Virus record (IMG/VR): IMGVR_UViG_3300002026_000071
Span: 1-56,298 of that record
DNA: 56,298 nt
Strand: one strand, 5' to 3'
Source of the DNA: a virus
Taxonomy: Duplodnaviria; Caudoviricetes
Shown: positions 18,154-27,609 of the stretch, one piece after another
Position numbering within the stretch: the stretch's first letter is position 1
How the letters are laid out: each line of letters starts with the position of its first letter
Translations under genes and position numbers: made by a program
Notes under the pieces: generated by a model
The model's database searches: none
Told to the model about the DNA's origin: nothing
What the model saw: the letters and a program-made list of their open reading frames with translations, nothing else

Positions 18154-19293
18154 ATGACTTACATTAAGACCGACGAATTCGTCAACTTATGTTACGAGGC
18201 TGATTTCGACATTGCAGCCCTCGTCAAACTTCTTGACGGTCTGTACCCCGGTCGTCGTCACCGTTCAGATGTTCTTAAGCAACGCATCGCCAATTATCGT
18301 CGTAAAGGTCTTCTCCCCCTCGACAGCGGTAATTTCGTCTCCCATGGCGAACAGCTTAAGTCCACCTCCACCTTGTACGACGCCTCTGGTGCAGTTCGCA
18401 TGCAGTGGATTAAGTCTGATGTACCGCGCACAGAATTCTTAGCCGCCTATGAAACCGCAATTTCAGAGCTCGCTTCGACTATCCCTGCTATCCCTATTCT
18501 AGTTCCTCCTGCCACTCCACTTCTCGCAGACTACGCCACTCTATACATATCTAATGATATACATTTTGGCGCACTCATGTGGGACAAGGAATCCGGCGCT
18601 GACTGGAATATCGATTTAGCTAGTTCAACTGTGCGTAGTGCATACGACTACTTATTTTCATGTTCGCCTTCCTCACGTATCGGCATTGTCACTGACCTTG
18701 GCGATCTAATGGAAGCTGACAACGCAAGTAACATGACTCCTAAGTCCGGAAATATCCTTGCTGTTGACTCTCGTTACCCTAAAGTACTGCAAGTTGCCTA
18801 CGAATCACTTATTTACGCTATTAACTTAGCGCTACTTAAACATGAAGTCGTATACTTCTACAACATATATGGTAATCACGATCTCAACACAGGGCATGCT
18901 ATTCGAGAGATTATTCGTATGGCTTTCCGCGATAATCCACGAGTAATTGTAGATACTTCACCATCTCCAATCAAGTACCATCAGCACGGCACTGTTCTCT
19001 TACAGTTTGCTCACGGTGACGGTATGAAGATGAAGGATGCTGGCGAGGTTATGGCTCATGACTGTCAAGCAATCTTCTCCTCCACTAAGCACCGCTTTGC
19101 ACACCTCGGTCATAACCATGTAGACAAAGTAATTGACGGTCGTCTCTGCCGAGCAGAATCTCACCGTAATTTACCACCGCAAAATCATTGGGCGCACCAT
19201 AAGGGGTACCGTGTATCTCCTGGCACAATGAAGTCCATTACCTACCATTCTGAACAAGGTGAAGTGTCTCGCAATATCTACAACATTAACTAG
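18154..19293 (+). CDS. Calcineurin-like metallophosphoesterase
   Basis: D.H.G (NDIHFG), GD, GNHD, HGD, GHNH. Confidence 0.85.
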   Translation: MTYIKTDEFVNLCYEADFDIAALVKLLDGLYPGRRHRSDVLKQRIANYRRKGLLPLDSGNFVSHGEQLKSTSTLYDASGAVRMQWIKSDVPRTEFLAAYETAISELASTIPAIPILVPPATPLLADYATLYISNDIHFGALMWDKESGADWNIDLASSTVRSAYDYLFSCSPSSRIGIVTDLGDLMEADNASNMTPKSGNILAVDSRYPKVLQVAYESLIYAINLALLKHEVVYFYNIYGNHDLNTGHAIREIIRMAFRDNPRVIVDTSPSPIKYHQHGTVLLQFAHGDGMKMKDAGEVMAHDCQAIFSSTKHRFAHLGHNHVDKVIDGRLCRAESHRNLPPQNHWAHHKGYRVSPGTMKSITYHSEQGEVSRNIYNIN

Positions 19294-19295
19294 TC

Positions 19296-19319
19296 AGAGC
19301 CCACTTTACAGTGGGTTCT
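19296..19319 (+). terminator. Intergenic hairpin AGAGCCCACT-TTAC-AGTGGGTTCT
   Basis: 10-bp stem (one G-U) just after the stop at 19293; weak U tract. Confidence 0.45.
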
Positions 19320-19339
19320 ATACTACTTAAAGGCTTATT

Positions 19340-19597
19340 ATGTACACACCTTATTCAGTAGCTCTTCCTATGACCACTTACTCACTTTACAGCTGTAAAG
19401 TACCTCACAACTCCCGAATCTGGTACTACCTAGTTCGCGATGACGATACTCCATACAGCACCGCTTCTTCTATCCGCAATGCATTCTCTGTCGCTATTTT
19501 ACGTCGTGAACGTCAGTGCACCTCAATTACTCTCCTAGCCTCCAACTTCTCCACTTACGACCAGCTCCTTCGCGAGTATCCAGAACTTTTCATTTAA
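19340..19597 (+). CDS. PE-tag family small protein (ends YPELFI)
   Basis: YSLYS...YYLV...I.NAF, paralogous to 19876 and 20118. Confidence 0.8.
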   Translation: MYTPYSVALPMTTYSLYSCKVPHNSRIWYYLVRDDDTPYSTASSIRNAFSVAILRRERQCTSITLLASNFSTYDQLLREYPELFI

Positions 19598-19606
19598 GGA
19601 TCCACT

Positions 19607-19873
19607 ATGTCTCATTTTTACGGCACTCTCGACGGCTCAAAGGGCCAGGCTACTCGTTGTGGCACCAAGTCTTCCGGCCTACTAGCTACTGCTAACGGCT
19701 GGTCTATCGGAGGCTCAGTTAAGCTTCACTACGATCCTATTTTAGGTACTGACGTCGTTTTACTGTTTACTACACGCGGTTCAGGCACTAGTGGGCATTT
19801 TGTCGCATCATTTGCGATTATTGATGACAAGCTTACTGTCCTTAATACTGGCTATCCTGAGATCTTTATCTAG
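19607..19873 (+). CDS. Phage hypothetical protein with PE tag (ends YPEIFI)
   Basis: MSHFYGTL.G..G.ATRCG.K.SG N-terminus; TAAGGA RBS. Confidence 0.8.
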   Translation: MSHFYGTLDGSKGQATRCGTKSSGLLATANGWSIGGSVKLHYDPILGTDVVLLFTTRGSGTSGHFVASFAIIDDKLTVLNTGYPEIFI

Positions 19874-19875
19874 TC

Positions 19876-20115
19876 ATGTACTCTTTATACAGTTTCACTG
19901 TCAGAGGTCTTCTTGTAAATCGTCTCTATTTCCTTGTACACACACGTGGTGATATTCATCATTGCTACTACTCATCTGATACAATCAAAGGCGCTTTTAA
20001 AGCATTACTAAGCCCAATGCACTCACGTGATACAAACTTAATAGAGCCTACTTTCTTAGGCAATTTTGACTCATCTGATGATGTTATCGCTACTGCTCCA
20101 GAACTACTCATCTAA
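19876..20115 (+). CDS. PE-tag family small protein (ends APELLI)
   Basis: Paralog of 19340. Confidence 0.8.
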   Translation: MYSLYSFTVRGLLVNRLYFLVHTRGDIHHCYYSSDTIKGAFKALLSPMHSRDTNLIEPTFLGNFDSSDDVIATAPELLI

Positions 20116-20117
20116 GG

Positions 20118-20372
20118 ATGCTTATGCTTACAGTTTACATCTCGAATGACTTACCTAAGACGAGTTATTTTATTGTCTGTGCAGACGCTGCAGATGGCTG
20201 TATAACTTCCGTATACCCGACTGTCGGACAAGCTTTTGCAGCATACTACGAAGGGCGCACTATTCGAGCATTATTACAGTCTCTTTACCTTACTGAACAT
20301 AGATTTACATGTCTAGGTTCTTACTCATCATACGAAGATTTTTGCACTCACTGTCCTGAACTACTCATTTAA
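20118..20372 (+). CDS. PE-tag family small protein (ends CPELLI)
   Basis: Paralog of 19340; start may be 20124. Confidence 0.8.
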   Translation: MLMLTVYISNDLPKTSYFIVCADAADGCITSVYPTVGQAFAAYYEGRTIRALLQSLYLTEHRFTCLGSYSSYEDFCTHCPELLI

Positions 20373-20380
20373 GGCTTACC

Positions 20381-21175
20381 ATGACTGTCCACTACTGTTC
20401 TGACCTACACCTTGACTTCTACATGAAGCCGTACAACTCTAATTTCAAGTACTTCTATAAACAGTACTTTAACGATGCTTCTGGTCAAGTTCTTATCATC
20501 GCTGGCGACATCTCGCACTACAACACGCAAATTCGTGACTTTCTCAAGTTTGTACACCGTTATTTCGCACATATCATCATAGTCACTGGCAATCACGAGT
20601 TCTACAACGTATCTAAAGGTCAGCGTGCTCAGTACACCTCACTCTACTCTAAGTTTGACGAATTACGCACTCTACTAACAGATCTACCATACGTCCATTT
20701 CCTTGACGGTACGTCTATCACCATCGACTCCATCAAATTTGCAGGCGCTATGGGCTGGTATGACTGCTCTTACTACTACCGTCTATCGCAAGGCCTCTAT
20801 TCAGAGACTATGCTATCTCACTGGATTAACTACACCAATGATGCTCGCAACATCCCTACTCTCAATAACCCACTCGACCTATTCGCCATTGAACGTCCGA
20901 AGCTACTCGCCGCCTTATCCACCTCACCTGATGTCATGGTCACTCATTTCTGCCCTATCTCTGACCCTGTCGCCATTGAACGTGCTCATGTTCTTGATCG
21001 AGGCACTGGCTATTACTGTTTCGACTCTACCACATTAGGTTTCGCCCCTATTTGGATTCACGGGCATATGCACTCCGCATATTCCTTTACTCACAACTCC
21101 ACCACTCACATGCGTAACCCACTAGGTTACCCTGCCGAGTCACGCTCATTCTCTTTACAATCCTTCGACATATAA
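20381..21175 (+). CDS. Calcineurin-like metallophosphoesterase
   Basis: SDLH, AGD, GNHE, THF, HGHMH, NPLGY. Confidence 0.9.
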   Translation: MTVHYCSDLHLDFYMKPYNSNFKYFYKQYFNDASGQVLIIAGDISHYNTQIRDFLKFVHRYFAHIIIVTGNHEFYNVSKGQRAQYTSLYSKFDELRTLLTDLPYVHFLDGTSITIDSIKFAGAMGWYDCSYYYRLSQGLYSETMLSHWINYTNDARNIPTLNNPLDLFAIERPKLLAALSTSPDVMVTHFCPISDPVAIERAHVLDRGTGYYCFDSTTLGFAPIWIHGHMHSAYSFTHNSTTHMRNPLGYPAESRSFSLQSFDI

Positions 21176-21185
21176 AGGCTGTCAT

Positions 21186-21536
21186 ATGACCTACAAAGTA
21201 CGTCAAGTTTACGACTTCTTCCGCTACGACATCCATCAAGGTATCGCCTCTCTCATCTATTTCTTCCGCGTAATTTTCCGCTTTCGTCGTTGGGACTACA
21301 CTTTCCAACTCGACGTCATTCAACGCATGCTAGAGAATTGCGATCACCACTGGCGTAAGTCCCACTACCTAGGCAAGGACTTCACTCACTTACGTATTAA
21401 GGTTCTCCTCCGTATGCTCGCTCGCTATCGAAACTATTGGGACTCTAAGGGCCCATCGTCATTCAAGGAAGAGCACCTCTTACTTCAACGCTTCTTACGC
21501 GCCTATATCCGCACTTTACCTCACCTTTGGGATTGA
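21186..21536 (+). CDS. Hypothetical protein
   Basis: 116-aa ORF with R.WD..F...LWD pattern, packed between neighbours. Confidence 0.7.
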   Translation: MTYKVRQVYDFFRYDIHQGIASLIYFFRVIFRFRRWDYTFQLDVIQRMLENCDHHWRKSHYLGKDFTHLRIKVLLRMLARYRNYWDSKGPSSFKEEHLLLQRFLRAYIRTLPHLWD

Positions 21537-21538
21537 TC

Positions 21539-22945
21539 ATGCCTCTTACTACTGAACAACAACACATTCTTTCACACGTCGTATCTACCCCTGGCCTTAC
21601 TTTAGTTGACGCATGTGCCGGCTCCGGCAAGACTACTCTCCTAGTAGCCATAGCTGACGCAATTCCTCATACCAACGGCATTTACCTCTGCTACAATAAG
21701 TCCGTCTCTGTCGAAGCTCAACGTAAGTTTCCTAGTTCAACTCATTGCGTTACTACCCACTCAATGGCATATGCAGCCACTATCAAGCCCCTCAAGCTTC
21801 GCCTAGGTGAGTTCTCTTACCGCGATATCACTGAGCGTCTTCAGCAAGATCAGAAGTATTCCATTACTATGCACATTCGCTCTTTCTGCCTTTCCAAGTA
21901 CACTTCATTTGCCGACTATGCCACTACCTTTCAGCTCCCTCCACTATACACTACCATCGTCAACAAGTACCTCGGTCTAATGCAGTCAGGCACTATCGAG
22001 TGCACTCACGACTTCTACCTCAAGTTATTCCATATGATGCTCGCTAACGGTTCTCTCACCTATGATCCATTCGACTTCATCATGCTCGACGAAGCCGGTG
22101 ATCTCAACGAAGTTACTCTCGAAATTTTCAAGCTTCTTCCATCCACCCGCAAAGTAGCTGTTGGCGATAAGCACCAGAATATCTACCAATTCAACGACAC
22201 TATCAACTGCTTCAAAATACTTGAAGGTCAGGGCACTCTCCTACCTATGACCAAGTCATTCCGTGTCTCAAAAGCCATTGCCTCCAAAGTCGAGTCATTC
22301 GGCCGCAAGTATCTTGACCCTCAAATGTCATTCGAAGGCACGGATTCTTTATCACCTGCCATTAACACTCGCGCCTATATCACTCGCACTAATTCCGCTC
22401 TTATCCAGCGTATGATTCAACTCAATGCTCAAGGCGTACCTTACTCTCTCAACCGCTCAGCTAAGGACATTTTTAAGGTTCCTCTCATGCTGTGCAACCT
22501 CAAGTATCAAGGCTTTATCACAGATCCAGCCTATAAGTTCCTCCAAGCAGATGTAGATGACTGGTACGAATCCGACGATCTTCGTTCTACTTACCCATCA
22601 ATCTTCTCGTACATCTCTCATCAGTGCCCCGAGGACGTTCAACTAGCTCAAGCTATTCGCCTCCTTAGCACTCACAAGAAGAATCTCATCATTCTCACTT
22701 ACGAGGAAGCTCGCAAGCATGAGAAGGCCCGTCATCCACTCACTCTAGCCACAGTCCACTCTTGCAAAGGCGCAGAGTTTGACGAAGTAACTCTTGCAGA
22801 TGACTTACACGAGACTACTGCAGTTGCCCTCGACCGTATAGATGGCGGTGCAGTCCCCTCTACTAAAGACCTCGAAACTATTAATCTTTACTATGTGGCC
22901 TGTACCCGCGCAGCTAAGGTACTCAACAACGCTCGCCACCTATAG
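21539..22945 (+). CDS. Superfamily 1 (UvrD/Rep-like) helicase
   Basis: ACAGSGKTT, LDEAGD, VGD.HQ.IY.F, SFR, TVH..KGAEF, YYVACTRA. Confidence 0.92.
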   Translation: MPLTTEQQHILSHVVSTPGLTLVDACAGSGKTTLLVAIADAIPHTNGIYLCYNKSVSVEAQRKFPSSTHCVTTHSMAYAATIKPLKLRLGEFSYRDITERLQQDQKYSITMHIRSFCLSKYTSFADYATTFQLPPLYTTIVNKYLGLMQSGTIECTHDFYLKLFHMMLANGSLTYDPFDFIMLDEAGDLNEVTLEIFKLLPSTRKVAVGDKHQNIYQFNDTINCFKILEGQGTLLPMTKSFRVSKAIASKVESFGRKYLDPQMSFEGTDSLSPAINTRAYITRTNSALIQRMIQLNAQGVPYSLNRSAKDIFKVPLMLCNLKYQGFITDPAYKFLQADVDDWYESDDLRSTYPSIFSYISHQCPEDVQLAQAIRLLSTHKKNLIILTYEEARKHEKARHPLTLATVHSCKGAEFDEVTLADDLHETTAVALDRIDGGAVPSTKDLETINLYYVACTRAAKVLNNARHL

Positions 22946-22953
22946 GACCCACC

Positions 22954-23613
22954 ATGTATCAACCTATTCAAGTCACGTACCAATCTACGTCCTCACCGTA
23001 CGTAGCTAATCAATGGCTGCGCTCTCTTCCTGACTTAATAGCTTGCGATACAGAGACCGCAGTCAAGTTCACCACTGAACAACTCGACGCATTTCGTCTA
23101 GAATTAGACACTCCTATTTCTAGCTCACGACGCATCCAACTTAACGCAGCACTCGAGGCTACAGCCCTCTCTCACCCATATTACGTAGATATCACCCACG
23201 TACAGATTGCATGGTCTGACCACGAGGCCTACGTGTTTATCCTCGACAACAAGCGTATTCACGACTTAGTTCTCAACTTTCTAGTCTCTACTACTCACAC
23301 ACAGATCTGGCACAACGCTACCTTCGACTTTAAGCACATCTACTACCATACACATAAGTTCCCACCGATCTACGAGGACTCACAGCTCTTAGCTAAGTGC
23401 ATCCTCAACCATGTAGATGTCACTCTCGCTACAGTCGGCCTTAAGGAACTCGCTGGCAAGTGGTACGGTCAATGGGCCATTTCACCAGACAGCTTTACTA
23501 AGGACCAGATGTACTCACCTGATGTCCTTCTTTACGCGGCTACTGACTCTTGTGCCACCTACAAGCTTTGGCACTCTATAAAGGACTACACAAATGGCGT
23601 ACACATTCCTTAA
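22954..23613 (+). CDS. 3'-5' exonuclease domain of family A DNA polymerase (stand-alone gene)
   Basis: ExoI DTET, ExoII WHNATFD, ExoIII YAATD. Confidence 0.88.
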   Translation: MYQPIQVTYQSTSSPYVANQWLRSLPDLIACDTETAVKFTTEQLDAFRLELDTPISSSRRIQLNAALEATALSHPYYVDITHVQIAWSDHEAYVFILDNKRIHDLVLNFLVSTTHTQIWHNATFDFKHIYYHTHKFPPIYEDSQLLAKCILNHVDVTLATVGLKELAGKWYGQWAISPDSFTKDQMYSPDVLLYAATDSCATYKLWHSIKDYTNGVHIP

Positions 23614-23923
23614 CGGTTACTCATTCTCGCTACGCCTCACTCGCAGCTACGCCAAAGTACCAGCCTACTACTTTGAAATAGTAGAGTGGAACACACTGTC
23701 ACCTCGCAGTTGTTGCTCTATCTCACATTTTCACTACAACTTAGGCGAGTCTTGGTTCAACTACTCTCATATAGGTCACCGTCCCCACGAATCTCGTGAT
23801 GGCATTGACGCCTACTTCGAGTTCTATAAACGATGTGATGACTTCCTTCAATCTCTAGGTGTAGATAAGTACCCATCACTCTACGACTGTATCGAGCAGC
23901 TCTATCCGGAGGCTCTATTATGA
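23594..23923 (+). CDS. PE-tag family small protein (ends YPEALL), between the exonuclease and polymerase genes
   Basis: AAGGA RBS; overlaps both neighbours. Confidence 0.8.
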   Translation: MAYTFLNGYSFSLRLTRSYAKVPAYYFEIVEWNTLSPRSCCSISHFHYNLGESWFNYSHIGHRPHESRDGIDAYFEFYKRCDDFLQSLGVDKYPSLYDCIEQLYPEALL

Positions 23924-26591
23924 TCACTTCATCTACTTACTCGCCATGGTCGCTTCTGCCAGCTCCTGAACCGCGTACAGTCTCGCCACCATTAGACTAC
24001 TTCTATGACCACGTAGCTAAGCACTTAATCAAAGATACTGTTCGCATTATGTCCAACGGACTTCCTATCGACTTAGATCGTGTCCAACAGCTCGAGTCAT
24101 CCATTCAAATTACTCTCGACGAAGCTACTGCACGTATCGCTTCTAATCCATACGTCGCTACTTACCAGGCTCAACGGCATGCTCGCCTTATTGCCGCCTA
24201 CAAAGAAGATCGCTTGTCTAAGTGTAAGGACTCTGCAGCTTACTTAGTCCCCTTCAAATCGTCAGATCCGATGCATCGTTCCTACTTTATGCACATCTTT
24301 TCTCAACGATTTGGTGTCCACCCGCCTAACGATCTACTACCAACAGGCGTCCCCAAATGGCCTGCTCTCCTCGTCAAGAAGCTCATACCATCATACCCTC
24401 TACTAGCTAAACTAGCTGATGGCTCCATTTCATCTACGCACTCTATATGCCTTGAAGCTACTCAACTACTAGCTCAACACAAAGCTGATCTCTACAACCG
24501 CAAGTATCTCGACCAGGTAGATACTCCTACTCTCGAGTTACCACCTTTTAATCCTGGCTCAGCTACTCAATTACGCGAGTTATTCGACTTAATGGGCCTC
24601 GAGTCGAGTGCTGTCTCGAAGAAAACTGGCCTTCCATCTTGGCCTCGCGACGAAGTTGAGCGCATCAGCAAAGAATATGTCGAGCCTGACATAGTTGACC
24701 TAGCTAACGCCCTTATCGACTTATCGTACGGAGACATCATTGCTACTACTTTCATACCAGCCTTCTACAAGTACACCATCGATGGTCGACTGTACGGCAA
24801 CTTGAAGCTATTCGGTGCTAAGTCTTTTCGCTTAACATCGAATGAACCTAAATAAATGGGCTTTACATCAGTAATGATGTATCGAAAATACCTTAAACGG
24901 GGAAACTCCTAAGGAATGTTTAAGTAGTATTATGATACTATACAACATACCAATATAAGGACAACCTACCGTGCTAAATAATACTAATGAACAATGGCTT
25001 CCTGTACTTAAATTTGAAGGACTTTACGAAGTTTCTTCACATGGACGTATACGAAATAACCGCAAAGTTATGAAAGTGTATGTGATTAATTCTGGATATG
25101 CTTGCCTTAAACTAGTCAAAGATGGAACGCGTACAAGCGTACTAGTTCACAGATTAGTAGCGCAAGCATTTTGTGCAAAACCTGATGGTGCTGTCGAAGT
25201 TAACCATATCGACGGCAATAAAGCAAATAATGCTGCATCTAACTTAGAGTGGTGCTCATCATCTCAGAACACGCAACATGCACTCGCATTAGGTCTATAC
25301 GATGTAATTTATCATACAAAGAATTCGCTAGGTAAAAAACATTTACCGAATACGTACTCTGACCACCATAACGTCAGCTATGATAAAGCTCGTTGTAAAT
25401 GGGTTGCTGCTATACGTGCTAACGGCAAGAACTTAAGTTCGAAACGTTTTGACACAGAACTTGAAGCAGCACTTCACGTCAACTGGATCATCGATCATTA
25501 CCAGTTAACTGATCGACCTAAAAACACCATTAGTATTTAAAAGCCTAACGACTATTGCGCAAGCAAGTAGGACCAAGTGGTCCGAAATAGGTATACTCCA
25601 CTTGGAGTTTGATATAGTCTGATCTGCACAGTAATATGCAGCTGGTTACGTACCGGGACGGGTTTAACGCACCAGTCTGAACATAATGAATTTACTTAAT
25701 TTGCCTTCAACTAAGTCCATCTACAGCAAGCCTGTTAAACAGTGCTTTACTGCTCCACCAGGCTTTCTTGTTGTAGGTATCGACTTATCAGCACTCGAGG
25801 ACAGAGTCATCGCTTCATTATCTCGTGACACATCAAAGATGGCTGTTTTCACAGACGGCTTAGATGGCCACTGTCTTAACGCCTATGGCTATTTCCCTGA
25901 CGAAGTAGCTCAGCACATGTCTATCACCGGAAACTTAGTCACCGATGTTAAAGAATTCTTCCGCTTAGTTGAGTCTGGCCACAAACCACTCAAAGACATC
26001 CGTCAACGAGGAAAACCCGCCACCTTCGGCATAAGTTACGGCGCTTACCCTCCAAAAGTGTCCAAAACTCTCAAAATCTCGCTCGAAGCTGCTACTAGCA
26101 TCTTTAACAATTACCATCAAGTCCTCTACCCAGGCATCACTAAGTACCGCGAAGACTACGTTCTCCCTACCACCAAAACTAATGGCCGTATTCACTTAGG
26201 TCTCGGCTGTTACCTCAACTCTAATGATCCTGACCGTGATATCCGCTCACTGTCTAACGCCACTTGCCAGTTTTGGTCCATCTTAACTCTCCTCGCTATT
26301 AACAAGCTTCATCAGCTGATCGACTACGAGCATCTGCACAACGACATCTTTGTTACTGCCACTATCTACGACTCAATCTATTTCATTGTACGTGATGATC
26401 CTTCTATCATCCACTGGCTTAACGAAGTAATCGTCCCAATTCTTACTAAAGACTTCATGCTCGACCAAGCTATCCCTAATGAAGCCGCTTGCGAAGTAGG
26501 TACTTCATGGGCCGACCTAGTTCACATACCTAACGGAGCCTCACTTGAAGCCATCACTACTATTGTTGACCAGCTCAAAGGACATCCTTGA
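23920..26591 (+). CDS. polA: Family A DNA polymerase, polymerase domain, spliced: exon1 23920-24849, exon2 25689-26591
   Basis: FNPGS..QL; join RLTSNEP|NLLNLP; motif A DLSALEDR, motif B RQRGKPATFGISYG, motif C TIYDS. Confidence 0.92.
24920..24941 (+). promoter_or_regulatory. Putative promoter TTAAG-N8-TG-a-TACTAT for the intron HNH gene
   Basis: Same spacing as four other copies; upstream of the AAGGA RBS and GTG at 24971. Confidence 0.5.
24971..25540 (+). mobile_element. Intron-encoded NUMOD4-HNH homing endonuclease with AP2-like tail
   Basis: EQW.PV..FEGLYEVSS.GR, VHRLVA.AF, VNHIDGNK.NN...NLEW. Confidence 0.92.
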
Positions 26592-26760
26592 GTATGAGCA
26601 AATTTTTCGTTGGGAATGCACTGCCTGGTACTCCTACTTAGTAGGGGACTACGAGCAGCCCACCTCGCGCAAAGAACGCCGCAAATTACAGCGGCGTTTC
26701 TGTGCAGCCTACTCACGTCTCCACCGCTTTCGTTCCCATTACGTTGAATATTTCATTTAG
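26545..26760 (+). CDS. PE-tag variant ORF (ends YVEYFI); start codon unclear
   Basis: Open frame filling the gap after polA and ending in the tag; no ATG in frame behind the AAAGGA near 26578. Confidence 0.45.
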   Translation: MKPSLLLLTSSKDILEYEQIFRWECTAWYSYLVGDYEQPTSRKERRKLQRRFCAAYSRLHRFRSHYVEYFI

Positions 26761-26768
26761 GAACTGTC

Positions 26769-27098
26769 ATGTCTAAGCACTTCAACTACGACACAACTGC
26801 TATGGCTCATGCTGCACAGACTATTGCCTCACATGCTGCAGCTGGTGTAACTTACGACATTTTGAGTTGTGGGCCTATTACTATCCCAGCTGCTACTGGT
26901 CGTAACTATAGTATGGGAACTTTTAACGACGGTTTACAGGCATCTTTTACAGAGACTCTCACTTATACTTCTGATGGCCACATCGCTACTCGTACTCGTA
27001 CAGAGAATAGTGTATACGCCTGTAATGACCTTTACAACGTTCCACTCGATGTGCTCCAGCAACTTATCCGTACTCACTTACCTGAATACGTACTCTAA
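26769..27098 (+). CDS. PE-tag family small protein (ends LPEYVL)
   Basis: TAGGA RBS; C-terminal motif. Confidence 0.8.
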   Translation: MSKHFNYDTTAMAHAAQTIASHAAAGVTYDILSCGPITIPAATGRNYSMGTFNDGLQASFTETLTYTSDGHIATRTRTENSVYACNDLYNVPLDVLQQLIRTHLPEYVL

Positions 27099-27310
27099 TG
27101 CAACTCTATCACTATAAGGTCATCTGGATACCAGATCATCCTGATTATGACCAGCTCCGCCGTCTTCAGCACTTAATTATAGTTGCTGCTGGCCGTAAGG
27201 ACAATCCGCCTCATCCAGACGCAGTCCTAGTCCTATTCCCTGGCTCTGAACGACTTCTCACAGACTTCGAGCATTTCCTCTACAAAGAACATCCGGAGCT
27301 ACTAGTATGA
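27098..27310 (+). CDS. PE-tag family small protein (ends HPELLV)
   Basis: TAATG overlap; C-terminal motif. Confidence 0.8.
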   Translation: MQLYHYKVIWIPDHPDYDQLRRLQHLIIVAAGRKDNPPHPDAVLVLFPGSERLLTDFEHFLYKEHPELLV

Positions 27311-27609
27311 TCCTTGAATTCCCATTCTTTCCATCCACTTCACCGGCCATCACTTGCAACGATCGCAGCCATTACAGCCTACTCACAACTACGCTCGATT
27401 ACAAAGACATCGCTACTATGCACACTTACATAGATAACTACGCAGCTACTACTGTCTACTGCCTCGTCATTATGCGCGAGGATATGTCCACTATTACTAT
27501 CACTTGTACATCACTTGCAGTCTCGCGCTACTACTTTAACTGCATCCACGCAAATGCACATGTTCGTGAATCCACTATTCGTACCCTCTTTCCGGAGATT
27601 TTCATATGA
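27307..27609 (+). CDS. PE-tag family small protein (ends FPEIFI)
   Basis: ATGA overlap; C-terminal motif. Confidence 0.8.
   Translation: MILEFPFFPSTSPAITCNDRSHYSLLTTTLDYKDIATMHTYIDNYAATTVYCLVIMREDMSTITITCTSLAVSRYYFNCIHANAHVRESTIRTLFPEIFI

Larger units (their letters stand above)
24850..25688 (+). ncRNA. Group I intron in DNA polymerase, carrying an HNH endonuclease
   Basis: Exon ends CCU pairing with GGG of the IGS; P AAACGGGGAAA, Q ACCGTGCTAA, R GCCTAACGACTA, S GATATAGTCT; terminal G at 25688. Confidence 0.92.

Noticed and set aside
19296-19319. N4 vRNAP hairpin promoter (also considered for 2742-2757)
   Set aside because: Loops are 4 nt (TTAC, TTCG) rather than the 3-nt purine loop of N4 early promoters, and they sit directly after stop codons in the middle region
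25686-25688. ATG at 25686 as an independent start of the polymerase C-terminal half
   Set aside because: Its G is the intron's terminal G; there is no RBS and the spliced join restores the conserved PN motif
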